A stretch of DNA of 33,597 nucleotides from a virus. The translations under genes and the position numbers were made by a program. The DNA lies in the IMG/VR virus record IMGVR_UViG_3300006752_000008. One strand, written 5' to 3'. Below are positions 1 through 7,529 of this stretch, piece after piece (the stretch's first letter is position 1; each line of letters opens with the position of its first letter). The notes beneath the pieces are model-generated. The model was not told the DNA's origin. It ran no database searches and worked only from the letters and a program-made list of their open reading frames with translations.

Positions 1-123
1 TCAAGGGGAACAGTTCCACACATTGCAATACAAACATCGTCTTTTTTAATTGCGTAGGTGTAATGTCCTTCTATTTCAAAGACATGAGACAAAGCATCAA
101 GGGGTGTGAAACCAAATATCTCA
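1..123. repeat. Terminal direct repeat, copy 1 (identical to 33475..33597)
   Basis: Read directly: tcaaggggaacagttccacac...gtgtgaaaccaaatatctca is present at both window ends, 123/123 identical. Fits a circularly closed or terminally redundant phage contig with unit length 33474 bp. Confidence 0.95.
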
Positions 124-233
124 CACTCCTTAATGTCGTTAGGTCTTAGATTATCATATATATCTAATACATCTTGCATTGTTGCATGATGCAAAGACAG
201 TGGAGGTGAGTCCACTAAGCTAGTGGTAATCAT
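1..233 (-). CDS. 5' part of a ~173-aa gene split by linearisation (continues 33474->33186). Small GNAT-fold-like phage protein, tentatively N4 gp49/Sf6 gp66-type.
   Basis: Extending the 33186..33566 ORF upstream across the repeat keeps the frame open up to ATG 233..231. That ATG overlaps the scaffold stop as ATGA. The added N-terminus reads MITTSLVDSPPLSLHHATMQDVLDIYDNLRPNDIKECEIFGFTPLDAL, then SHVFEIEG... An alternative start is ATG 179. Confidence 0.7.
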   Translation of the reverse strand, partial: MITTSLVDSPPLSLHHATMQDVLDIYDNLRPNDIKECEIFGFTPLDALSHVFEIEGHYTYAIKKDDVCIAMCGTVPL

Positions 234-958
234 CTGAATAATGTTTTCCAGCCTTCATCTACCTGACGAACAAACTCTTTTTCTCTACGAGCAGGGTCGT
301 GATAGCGTGGGTCTAGCATCATTTGTTTCAAAGTATCTTCGTTTATACGACTAGCACTTTGAGTACTTCCACCACCAGTATCGTCTCTCACAGCTTGCAT
401 CATAGCCTCCAATGCAAAAATACCGTCTGCTGTTTCGCACATTCGCTCAATAGCAGGCATGGCATCTTCTGGAAAAAACTTATTAGCAAACAAACTAGCA
501 GACTCAATACGAGCTTCAGCATTGTCACCAAGCCTATTATACTCAGCATCCATATCAGGCATACTGCCTGACTGAGCTTCAGCGTATATCTTAATCCCTT
601 CTTCAAACTGCTCTTGACTAAAGCCGCTTTCAAAAGAATGTTCAGCCCACCAGTTGAGAAGCTCATTATCTGCAACAGCTTCTACATCTAAAACTTCTGG
701 TATTTGATAATCACCAATAGATTCTGGCCTATCTGCATAAGCTTCAGACTCAAGCCCAGACATAATCTCGGCTTCAATATCTTCCCTAGAACTACCTAGC
801 TTAGATTCCAAAGCATTATATGAAGACAATAAATCTTCTGGTGTTTTGAATTTTTCTGGCAACCAGCTATTGTCTTGTGCTACTTGCGCTACGACACGTT
901 CTGGAACAGAGTCAGCCGCAGTCTCTATTACCTCTTGGGTATCTTCATCACTGTTCAT
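230..958 (-). CDS. Scaffolding (capsid assembly) protein, T7 gp9-like position
   Basis: Track ORF 230..994. I prefer ATG 958 over the TTG at 994, which has no SD. The product is acidic and helix-rich and lies between portal and capsid genes. WLPEKFKTPEDLLSSYNALESKLG resembles podovirus scaffold proteins (recollection). Confidence 0.8.
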   Translation of the reverse strand: MNSDEDTQEVIETAADSVPERVVAQVAQDNSWLPEKFKTPEDLLSSYNALESKLGSSREDIEAEIMSGLESEAYADRPESIGDYQIPEVLDVEAVADNELLNWWAEHSFESGFSQEQFEEGIKIYAEAQSGSMPDMDAEYNRLGDNAEARIESASLFANKFFPEDAMPAIERMCETADGIFALEAMMQAVRDDTGGGSTQSASRINEDTLKQMMLDPRYHDPARREKEFVRQVDEGWKTLFR

Positions 959-1229
959 TTTTCGCCCTATGACCTTGTTGTATGCGTTGCTCAATTAAGC
1001 CAACTAAGTATCGTTGACCCTCTAAGTGACGCAACTCAGCATCACTTACATTCGCGCCATTAACTAATTCAATAGTTATAGAACGCAAATACTTTAGAAC
1101 CTCTGCACCAGTATCAGTGGTAAAGAGACTCGCAATATTAATATTGATTAAATCGTTTTCTACTTTGGATCGGCTAATACCATCAGTACCAATTACCTTA
1201 GTAAACTTAGCCTTGCTCTTGCTCACCAC
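948..1229 (-). CDS. Small conserved head-module protein (between portal and scaffold; Bbp19-like position, tentative)
   Basis: 93-aa ORF with a GTG start; GGAG lies 9 nt upstream. It overlaps the portal 3' end. No internal Met, and the composition is coding-like. Confidence 0.6.
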   Translation of the reverse strand: MVSKSKAKFTKVIGTDGISRSKVENDLININIASLFTTDTGAEVLKYLRSITIELVNGANVSDAELRHLEGQRYLVGLIEQRIQQGHRAKNEQ

Positions 1230-2805
1230 CAGTTACTACTCCATCAGGTTGCATTTGACCCTGCGCTTGAGCATACTGTTGAGCCATCTGTACTAGCTGT
1301 TTTCGTTCATTACCATCACGAACAAGCTGGTCAGGTACTCCAAATTTCTTCGCCAAGTATGCCGCAGTTTCTTCTGAGTCAATGAGAATGTTCATTATCT
1401 CAGGACCGAATCTCCCTTGAACAAGTTCTAGGAAACGAGCCACGGCAGTTATGTCTTGGTTAGCTTGCGCTTGAGCAAGTGGCGATATAGACTTAACCTT
1501 AACTTCCCTGCCGTTTACAGTTGGGATGTCAATCCTTCCCTGCTTCTTCAATATATAAACTACACGTTGCAACACAGGCTGTACTAGCTCTGCTTGCAAT
1601 CTTCCAAAGGCAGAGCCAATACGTCTTGATAAATCAGACATACGTTCTGCAACTTCAGTAGCCGATGCTGGTGTTTTATTTGGATCGCCTAGCATATCGT
1701 TATACAACGCACGTTTAATATTCAAACGCATATCGTTAAGAACTAAGCTTGCCACATCAAAAGAACCAGCACTTGCTACTGGCTGTAACCCTAGAGAATT
1801 AGGGGCTTTTGGAATGATTGTTCCCGGAACGAGATTGATTGTATCGGGATTAATAACGCCATCATCATCCATTTGATAGATGCCAGAGATTGCCATCTGT
1901 GCATTTTCTAGGATGAGTTCGATTGTTAGATTGGTGGTTTTAATTGCACTAAGCGCATTAATAAGTGGACCACGCCCATAAATTTCACCAGCACACTTAG
2001 ACCAACGGAAACAAACAAATGGGTTACTACCTACGCCGTTGAATGTTTTCTCGTCTATAACTTCCTTGCTAGTCATTTCGATAGCAAAGAACATATGCGC
2101 TTCTTGATTTATCTTTGAGTAATCACGACAGACTATCTCAAGAACTTTTGTTTTTTCTTCTGGGTATGTATTGATACGCCTTTGAACATTCTCACTAAAC
2201 TTTGCTTTAGGGAACATGATAGGTAAGTCACTGTTGCGACAAGGACGTTCCCTAAACACATGGTCAATACGGTCATCAGGACCAGTATCCAAAACAACAT
2301 GAGGCAAAGGGATTGCGCTAAACATGACAGGGTTGATTGAATCGCCTTCAATGACATTCAAGACTCCTGTGCCAACAGCTAAATCCATAAAGGATTCATG
2401 TACTTCTTGAGAGAAGTTAGAGTTTTGAATTACTTCAAAAACGTAATCCGTGACTTCATCAAGCGCATTGTTGACTTCATCTTTTTCATTAGCTTCAACT
2501 TCAGACCCAGCAGTGAAATCTGCCCACCTAGCAAAGTTCGGGACAAGACCCGATTGAAGTCTTGAAGCAAACTCTTGAACGCCAACGACCGCAGTTTCAT
2601 CAAATATTTTTTCATCCCTGCGTTGCCCAATTCTTTCTGCATAAAAAGATTCTCGCATTGGTAAAGCATACTCATAGCACTCCTCGAACAAAGGAACAAA
2701 GTTTTCGCGTTGCGTCTTTGCTCGTTCATACTTACGAAGATACACTTCCGCAGTCTTGGTGTTACCAGCCGCGCTAGGAGAATACTCAGGGGTTTGAGAA
2801 ATCAT
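1207..2805 (-). CDS. Portal (head-to-tail connector) protein, podovirus/T7 gp8-like
   Basis: 532 aa, located downstream of TerL and upstream of the scaffold. N-terminal RENFVPLFEECYEYALP and GVQEFASRLQSGLVP are typical of podovirus connector proteins (recollection). The start overlaps the upstream stop (TAATG). Confidence 0.88.
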   Translation of the reverse strand: MISQTPEYSPSAAGNTKTAEVYLRKYERAKTQRENFVPLFEECYEYALPMRESFYAERIGQRRDEKIFDETAVVGVQEFASRLQSGLVPNFARWADFTAGSEVEANEKDEVNNALDEVTDYVFEVIQNSNFSQEVHESFMDLAVGTGVLNVIEGDSINPVMFSAIPLPHVVLDTGPDDRIDHVFRERPCRNSDLPIMFPKAKFSENVQRRINTYPEEKTKVLEIVCRDYSKINQEAHMFFAIEMTSKEVIDEKTFNGVGSNPFVCFRWSKCAGEIYGRGPLINALSAIKTTNLTIELILENAQMAISGIYQMDDDGVINPDTINLVPGTIIPKAPNSLGLQPVASAGSFDVASLVLNDMRLNIKRALYNDMLGDPNKTPASATEVAERMSDLSRRIGSAFGRLQAELVQPVLQRVVYILKKQGRIDIPTVNGREVKVKSISPLAQAQANQDITAVARFLELVQGRFGPEIMNILIDSEETAAYLAKKFGVPDQLVRDGNERKQLVQMAQQYAQAQGQMQPDGVVTGGEQEQG

Positions 2806-3026
2806 TATAGAAACTCGTTATAATAACCCATTCCGCCGCTTGAACCACTCAGTAATGACCTACGACCACTACCGCCTCTAGCTCTACGAACACCTTTTTC
2901 AAGTGTCTCTTGCTTACGCTCAGAACGCATAGCTTGATTTTCATCACGCTGTTGCTTTTGAGCCGCTTGCACAGATGGATCAGGCGTTGGTGGCGGTGGG
3001 GCTGATGGTCTTGAACCTACACACAT
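2805..3026 (-). CDS. Small Pro/Gly/Arg-rich protein beginning MCVG, unknown function
   Basis: 73-aa ORF with SD aaaggagtgtgtaATG. Lies between TerL and portal. Shares an N-terminal MCxG, a low-complexity region and an R-x-S-L-[IL] motif with the 6146..6496 product. Confidence 0.7.
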   Translation of the reverse strand: MCVGSRPSAPPPPTPDPSVQAAQKQQRDENQAMRSERKQETLEKGVRRARGGSGRRSLLSGSSGGMGYYNEFL

Positions 3027-3053
3027 TACACACTCCTTTAGTAAATTAATTAA

Positions 3054-3089
3054 TTACTACCTATAACAAGCCACTAATGCAACGCACAA
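3054..3089 (-). promoter_or_regulatory. Candidate late promoter carrying the TTGTGCGTTG motif (TTGCAT-N17-TAGTAA)
   Basis: The - strand reads TAAATTGTGCGTTGCATtagtggcttgttataggTAGTAA directly after the TerL stop. The 15-mer 3079..3093 is identical to 20389..20403. Confidence 0.35.
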
Positions 3090-3090
3090 T

Positions 3091-4629
3091 TTAAAAGCGT
3101 GACCAGATGCTTTGTTTAATTCTTTGTCTAGGTTTACGCTTAAATACATCAAAGTCAACTCTTGCGTTAAATGCCTTCAATGGTTTCTGTCCTGATATAA
3201 GCTGTCTTCCTTCACCAGCACCAAGCATTAGGTACTGTAATGCGTCATGCACATGAGAGAACATATTCTTATCAGGCTTTTCATCAAACCGTTCACCAGA
3301 CACTTGCAATCTTTTATATGCGTATCCGCTTTGAAAGCCTTTGATTAATGTCTGGCAACGCCTATCAATCATAAAAGCTGGTTTGCCTTCTGCCATTTTA
3401 GTTAATGATTGACCAACAGCCTCTAGCCTCAAATCAACTGAATTACTAGGAGCAGGGGTTGCCTTTAACCCAGCACCACGCATTATTTGAAATGGTGTAG
3501 ACTCATCTGTTTGTGCGCGGAAATCACCAGCAGGGTCGCCATAAATGTGTACTTCTTGGTTGTTAAACCTAGTGGCTATCTCTTGCCTGAGAACTTCAGA
3601 GAACCTAACAATACCCATGTCTATAGCTACAATCTCTGACTGTATTAACCATCGACCTCGAACCTTCTGACCAAACACAGCCGCAGGGGTAAGTCCAAAG
3701 TCAACGCCAATATAAACTGGCACACCATCAGCAATCGGAACTTCTTCTTTAGCTATGTGAGTATCAGATGAAAACTGCGGATACACTGGCTTTCCTTCTT
3801 GTATCATGCCAAGTCTGTTCATTACATAAACATCAATCCAGCTTTTAGTCTTACCTCTAATTAAATTGGGGTAATAAGTCTTCAGCATGTTTTCTGTATT
3901 CTCTGCTTTTGGATTTGGAATGTAATCTTCCAACTCATTCTTCTCAGAGAAAGTTTCAATCATGCCACACGGCTGTATATAGAAAGACCAGTTGTCAGGC
4001 TTAACAAGCATCTTTGCTTGCTCATGGTGGATGTGGTCAGGAACAGGAACTTCACCAGACATAATAGGCCACCAGTGGTCTTCCTCTGGCGCATTAGTAT
4101 CAGCTATAACGCCAGACCAAGTCGGACCACCTTCACGCATAGAAGGGAAACGACCCACGCGCATAGTACACGCATCAATAATAGACTTAGGTATCTCCCT
4201 AGCCTCGTTGATCCAAATGCCAGTAAGCTCAAGGGAGAGTAGCTTCTTGACATCCTCTGGACGGTCAAGAGCTAGGAAGATAATTTCAAGCTCTAGGTCT
4301 TGTTTCTTTATCCAATGAGTATAGGGAACAGACCACATGAACTTGCCCCATTCATCTTCTGGAAACCAATCAAGCCATGTCTTGATAGTTGTTGTCCGAA
4401 GCTGGGGATTTGTATTTCTTATGATAGCCCAACGGCTTCTGCGAATACCGTTCTTATCTTTTTGTTGCTGTAAAGCTCTGCGGAATATTTCAACGCAACA
4501 GCCTACAGATTTTCCAGAACCGACAGGACCACGAATACCACGAAAGAAGTTATTGTCTTTCATAAAAGCTTTTAATACATCACCGTCTGGTCTGTACTTA
4601 AAGTTGGTCAACGTGTTTGTCCTTGCCAA
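3091..4629 (-). CDS. terL: Terminase large subunit
   Basis: 512 aa. Walker A GPVGSGKS, Walker B-like LTGIWINEA, and acidic nuclease motifs IGVDFGL, IYGDPAGD and HVHDALQY. Confidence 0.93.
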   Translation of the reverse strand: MARTNTLTNFKYRPDGDVLKAFMKDNNFFRGIRGPVGSGKSVGCCVEIFRRALQQQKDKNGIRRSRWAIIRNTNPQLRTTTIKTWLDWFPEDEWGKFMWSVPYTHWIKKQDLELEIIFLALDRPEDVKKLLSLELTGIWINEAREIPKSIIDACTMRVGRFPSMREGGPTWSGVIADTNAPEEDHWWPIMSGEVPVPDHIHHEQAKMLVKPDNWSFYIQPCGMIETFSEKNELEDYIPNPKAENTENMLKTYYPNLIRGKTKSWIDVYVMNRLGMIQEGKPVYPQFSSDTHIAKEEVPIADGVPVYIGVDFGLTPAAVFGQKVRGRWLIQSEIVAIDMGIVRFSEVLRQEIATRFNNQEVHIYGDPAGDFRAQTDESTPFQIMRGAGLKATPAPSNSVDLRLEAVGQSLTKMAEGKPAFMIDRRCQTLIKGFQSGYAYKRLQVSGERFDEKPDKNMFSHVHDALQYLMLGAGEGRQLISGQKPLKAFNARVDFDVFKRKPRQRIKQSIWSRF

Positions 4630-4792
4630 ATTTAATCATACGCTCAACTACATCAGGAGCAATGGCATCTATTAACTTGTCAGCTTCCCTATCGGTGCAA
4701 AATTCTTTCGGGTAGTGAGCAAAGTGTACCTTCTTCACCACAGTCCTAAGAATTTCTCGCTCCTCTACTTTAAGAGTGTGCATGAAACTCAT
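4598..4792 (-). CDS. Hypothetical protein (64 aa)
   Basis: ORF in the late-strand series. The upstream stop overlaps its start (ATGA-type coupling at 4789..4792), and it overlaps the TerL start by 32 nt. Confidence 0.55.
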   Translation of the reverse strand: MSFMHTLKVEEREILRTVVKKVHFAHYPKEFCTDREADKLIDAIAPDVVERMIKFGKDKHVDQL

Positions 4793-5043
4793 TTAGATTT
4801 CCTATACTGCCTAACCTTATCCGCAATAGATTTAGGTTGTTTAGAAACTTGCTTGCCAGATTTTTTAGCTTTGCGTTTAGCCGCAGATGTTTTTGAGTAT
4901 TCCTGAGAAGACAATGCTCTTATTGCCGCCTCTGGCAAGTAACGCTCACCAGTTGCTTTAGAACCTTGAGTAGAGTTCTTACCAGACTTGGTGCGCCACT
5001 TCTGTTTAGTCCACGCAACAAGAGACTTCTGAGACTTCTTCAT
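4789..5043 (-). CDS. Small highly basic protein (84 aa, about 30% K+R)
   Basis: ORF with a coupled start. WTKQKWRTKSGK...GERYLPEAAIRALSSQEY resembles a small conserved phage/giant-virus family (recollection, unverified). Confidence 0.7.
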   Translation of the reverse strand: MKKSQKSLVAWTKQKWRTKSGKNSTQGSKATGERYLPEAAIRALSSQEYSKTSAAKRKAKKSGKQVSKQPKSIADKVRQYRKSK

Positions 5044-5213
5044 TTATACCCACCGCCTTTAGCTTTGTAAGCTTTGGCAAGCATCTGAGCCTTACGCGCT
5101 GACCATTGACCAGCACCGCCGCCTTTAGTACCAGCCTTAATGCGATTAAATAAAGATTTACGCATAGAAGGCTTGGTGTAATTACCAGCTTCGTTGACTT
5201 TACTTTTTGCCAT
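5040..5213 (-). CDS. Small basic protein (57 aa), not in the ORF track
   Basis: Translated by hand: MAKSKVNEAGNYTKPSMRKSLFNRIKAGTKGGGAGQWSARKAQMLAKAYKAKGGGYK. Its stop overlaps the next start as ATGA (5040..5043). Confidence 0.65.
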   Translation of the reverse strand: MAKSKVNEAGNYTKPSMRKSLFNRIKAGTKGGGAGQWSARKAQMLAKAYKAKGGGYK

Positions 5214-5340
5214 CTTTTGCTTTTTTCTTCTTAAGCATAGCGATAACTTCAGCTTTGCTCATTTTCTTTTTACCCTTCTTCTTGTCTTCTTCAGACGGAC
5301 GACCTTTTTGAGAGCCGTATGTACCTTTACCCATTGGCAT
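5200..5340 (-). CDS. Small basic protein (46 aa), not in the ORF track
   Basis: Translated by hand: MPMGKGTYGSQKGRPSEEDKKKGKKKMSKAEVIAMLKKKKAKDGKK. Strong SD taaggagaaagaaaaATG. Overlaps both neighbouring genes by a few nt. Confidence 0.6.
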   Translation of the reverse strand: MPMGKGTYGSQKGRPSEEDKKKGKKKMSKAEVIAMLKKKKAKDGKK

Positions 5341-5575
5341 TTTTCTTTCTCCTTACTTTCTTCTTGGGGGCTTTGCCCCCTTTCCAAGCTTCATTAACTT
5401 CTGGTGTATCTTTATCATCTGCAATAAAGCCACCATCATTATCCCTAGCACGTTCTGGCATAGGAAATAATTTCTCAGATTCCGCAGTTAAGGTCGGACC
5501 AGTTTTGATTCTGCCATCGGGTAGAACCACAACCTCACCTGTGTAAACAGTGCCATCAGCTTTTTGATACTTCAT
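5327..5575 (-). CDS. Hypothetical protein with a basic C-terminal tail (82 aa)
   Basis: Track ORF, coupled to its neighbours. C-terminus KGGKAPKKKVRRKKNANG. Confidence 0.65.
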   Translation of the reverse strand: MKYQKADGTVYTGEVVVLPDGRIKTGPTLTAESEKLFPMPERARDNDGGFIADDKDTPEVNEAWKGGKAPKKKVRRKKNANG

Positions 5576-5808
5576 GTGTAGTACCCCAACAAATTTTTAG
5601 GTTTAGAATCCTTTGGCGGTTTCTTCATCTTAACCGCTTCTGAATATTTTTTAAAAGCCTTTAGTGCGGTTTTCCGTTCACTGTCACGCTTCTTCTTGCG
5701 TGTGTTGAACTCTTTGCGTGTCTTATTAAAAGATTGGTTGATTAGACTTTTAACAACAGGAACAACAAACTCACTGCTGTTCATAATTTCATCGACAGCT
5801 TTCATCAC
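5572..5808 (-). CDS. Hypothetical basic protein (78 aa)
   Basis: Track ORF with 4-nt overlaps on both sides. The middle and C-terminal parts are K/R-rich. Confidence 0.65.
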   Translation of the reverse strand: MMKAVDEIMNSSEFVVPVVKSLINQSFNKTRKEFNTRKKKRDSERKTALKAFKKYSEAVKMKKPPKDSKPKNLLGYYT

Positions 5809-6149
5809 TTCTTACCTTTCTTCTTAGAAGATGCATACCTCTTTAGCAAAGAACGACCCCTACGCACAGCAGATGCCTTATCACCACCATGCCCCCATGC
5901 CTCTAGCGAGAGCTTCAAACGAGTCTTGCGACCCTTCTCGTCTTTCAACGCCCCCTTCGCTGAACCCATGCGAACTAGGAAACTGCCCTTGCGTCTCTTT
6001 TGCTCTGGAGTCGAGGCCGCTTTCTTTACTGGAGCTTTGAGGTTTCCCTTCTTCCCAGACTTGGTGCGATAAGATGCGCGACCCTTTGCGTTCAATCCGC
6101 CTTTTGGATTCTTCCCTGCCTTGCGTGTCCATGCTGGTGATTTACTCAT
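5805..6149 (-). CDS. Very basic small protein (114 aa; 37 K+R by my count)
   Basis: Track ORF. PAWTRKAGKNPKGGLNAKGRASYR...LSLEAWGHGG resembles a conserved marine-phage small-protein family (recollection, unverified). Confidence 0.7.
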   Translation of the reverse strand: MSKSPAWTRKAGKNPKGGLNAKGRASYRTKSGKKGNLKAPVKKAASTPEQKRRKGSFLVRMGSAKGALKDEKGRKTRLKLSLEAWGHGGDKASAVRRGRSLLKRYASSKKKGKK

Positions 6150-6496
6150 ATTGAAAACTCGCCAATGCCATCGTTGTTTGTATCAGGCGCACTGCTCTTG
6201 CCGCTAGTCTGACTATCAAAAGCGTCTTGCATAGCATCTCTTATTCCTCCAATGCCTTGATCCCCTGCCTTTCCTTTGCCACCCTTTGAGCCAAAGTCTG
6301 GGCTGTGGTCGTCACCACCACCATTGTCTATTTGGATTGTTGGTCTGCGAATAAGAGATGCGCGGATACGAGCGTTCTTCGCTTTATTCTTTTCTGAGAG
6401 TTCATACTTAGACACAACGATTTCATTCGAGGTGTCTTGAAGCCATCTTGGTTTTGCTGGTGGCCGATAACCACCGCCGCCTCCGCCCATGCACAT
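6146..6496 (-). CDS. Gly-rich small protein beginning MCMGGGGGG, unknown function
   Basis: 116-aa track ORF with SD aagtggagaaccgtaATG. Looks paralogous to the 2805..3026 product. Confidence 0.7.
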   Translation of the reverse strand: MCMGGGGGGYRPPAKPRWLQDTSNEIVVSKYELSEKNKAKNARIRASLIRRPTIQIDNGGGDDHSPDFGSKGGKGKAGDQGIGGIRDAMQDAFDSQTSGKSSAPDTNNDGIGEFSI

Positions 6497-6610
6497 TACG
6501 GTTCTCCACTTAAAAAATTATTCACCACTAACAACAAAAGCTTTTTACGACTATCGCCATTATGAACCATCCCTTGCCAGTCGCCACCAACTTTTTTACA
6601 CCCCCTCGGT

Positions 6611-6985
6611 CTAGGTCAGGTCTATGGAAACCTTAATTTCCCCTGCATGGAGATGCATATGTTTATCTGGGGCTTTGAATCCTGCCCTGTCAAGGATGTC
6701 TTTACTCGCTTCAAGCTGAACGTACTCGCTTTTGGCACCACGACTCAGTTGCATAAGCCTTGCCGCCGCACTCGTAGCATTGATACCGAGACTATCAGCC
6801 ACCGCTTGCATCATGTACTGTTGCACATGAGGAAGCCGCAATGCCTTACTGGCTGTGACTCTGCCCGATTCGCCTTTGGCGTATCCAGCAGAGTGTGAAG
6901 CATCTTTGATGCTACAGCCAGTTGCTACGAGTGTATCAACCAACGAGCGTTGCTTTAGCGTGAGTTTAGTTGAAATAGAAGTCAT
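6611..6985 (-). CDS. terS: Terminase small subunit (HTH-type)
   Basis: LTLKQRSLVDTLVATGCSIKDASHSAGYAKGESGRVTASKALRLPHVQQYM matches the terminase small-subunit HTH pattern. I prefer ATG 6985 (SD gaGGGGGGGtt) over ATG 7000. Confidence 0.8.
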   Translation of the reverse strand: MTSISTKLTLKQRSLVDTLVATGCSIKDASHSAGYAKGESGRVTASKALRLPHVQQYMMQAVADSLGINATSAAARLMQLSRGAKSEYVQLEASKDILDRAGFKAPDKHMHLHAGEIKVSIDLT

Positions 6986-7007
6986 AACCCCCCCTCTCAT
7001 CCCCCCC

Positions 7008-7044
7008 TTTATGGATGGTGCTTGATGCGTTTGTCAACGCACAA
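7008..7044 (-). promoter_or_regulatory. Candidate late promoter carrying the TTGTGCGTTG motif (TTGACA-N18-CATAAA) just upstream of terS
   Basis: The - strand reads ATTTTGTGCGTTGACAaacgcatcaagcaccatcCATAAAggggggg. The -35 hexamer is a perfect consensus match. Confidence 0.4.
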
Positions 7045-7047
7045 AAT

Positions 7048-7075
7048 GGTCGATAGGCGCAAGCCTAGGTCGACC
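7048..7075 (-). terminator. Hairpin with flanking A/T runs at the distal end of the left repeat arm (leader terminator candidate)
   Basis: GGTCGA-TAGGC-gcaa-GCCTA-(gg)-TCGACC, which is 11 bp with a 2-nt bulge. On the - strand it is followed by ATTTTGTG. Confidence 0.5.
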
Positions 7076-7094
7076 CATTTTGAATCGCGCTTGA

Positions 7095-7529
7095 CTAAGC
7101 ATACAAGCGAATTGACGGACAGAGTACTGCAAGACTGAGCAACCCTGACGCTGACTAACTTGGCTGTTGACAGTCTTCCAAGTCCTGCCGCCTTGTTGTA
7201 AGCCAAGTAAGCGCGTCATGGGAAGCGGTAGTTCGCGCAGTACGACCGCCATACGAGGAGGATGTAGCATCGTCTTGGCGAGTTGCACATCCACAACTGC
7301 CTTAGTCTTCGTCCAGCGTATAAGGCAACTCTGCCATGACGTAGCACATCTGCCGTACCATCCGTTGGATGCAAGGCGATGTTGGTGTTCCGCATAGCAC
7401 TCTGAACACTGATGCCCTACGGTAAGGTTATGTTCGCCTCATAAAATCATGTAAGCATACTAAAAGGACGTCCATTCCGAATGAGATAAGTTGGCTAATG
7501 CAAGGTGGAGTTACATTTTTCTAAGACAT
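7095..7529 (-). pseudogene. Decayed inverted copy of the 7846..8262 early gene
   Basis: The reverse complement aligns colinearly with 7846..8262 at roughly 65-75% identity by eye. It begins SD-ATG TCT TAG (stop at codon 3), has further in-frame stops, and has a frameshift before the residual ORF 7034..7294. That residual ORF still reads VDVQLAK..RM...L.EL, compared with VDVNLAK..HRM..ELVEL in the intact gene. Confidence 0.7.

Noticed and set aside
323-675. Track ORFs 323..571 (+) and 400..675 (-) inside the scaffold gene
   Set aside because: These are shadow or alternative-frame ORFs within a well-supported gene. Their composition is odd and they have no SD.
3079-3093. The 15-mer identity with 20389..20403 as pure chance
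   Set aside because: A single 15-mer repeat in 33 kb is not that improbable on its own. However, both copies abut stop codons in rare intergenic gaps. The 10-nt core also recurs twice more on the same strand upstream of late genes, so I kept it as a finding rather than dismissing it.
7009-7397. Three track ORFs: 7009..7206 (-), 7034..7294 (-) and 7167..7397 (+)
   Set aside because: Their composition is Arg/Cys/Leu-rich and non-protein-like, they have no SDs, and they overlap one another. They are explained by the decayed inverted copy of the 7846 gene. The 86-aa ORF is just the residual, frameshifted C-terminal half.
7522-7529. TAG at codon 3 of the left copy as stop-codon reassignment or read-through
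   Set aside because: Further TAA stops and a frameshift follow. All other genes are intact under the standard code, and some of them end in TAG.
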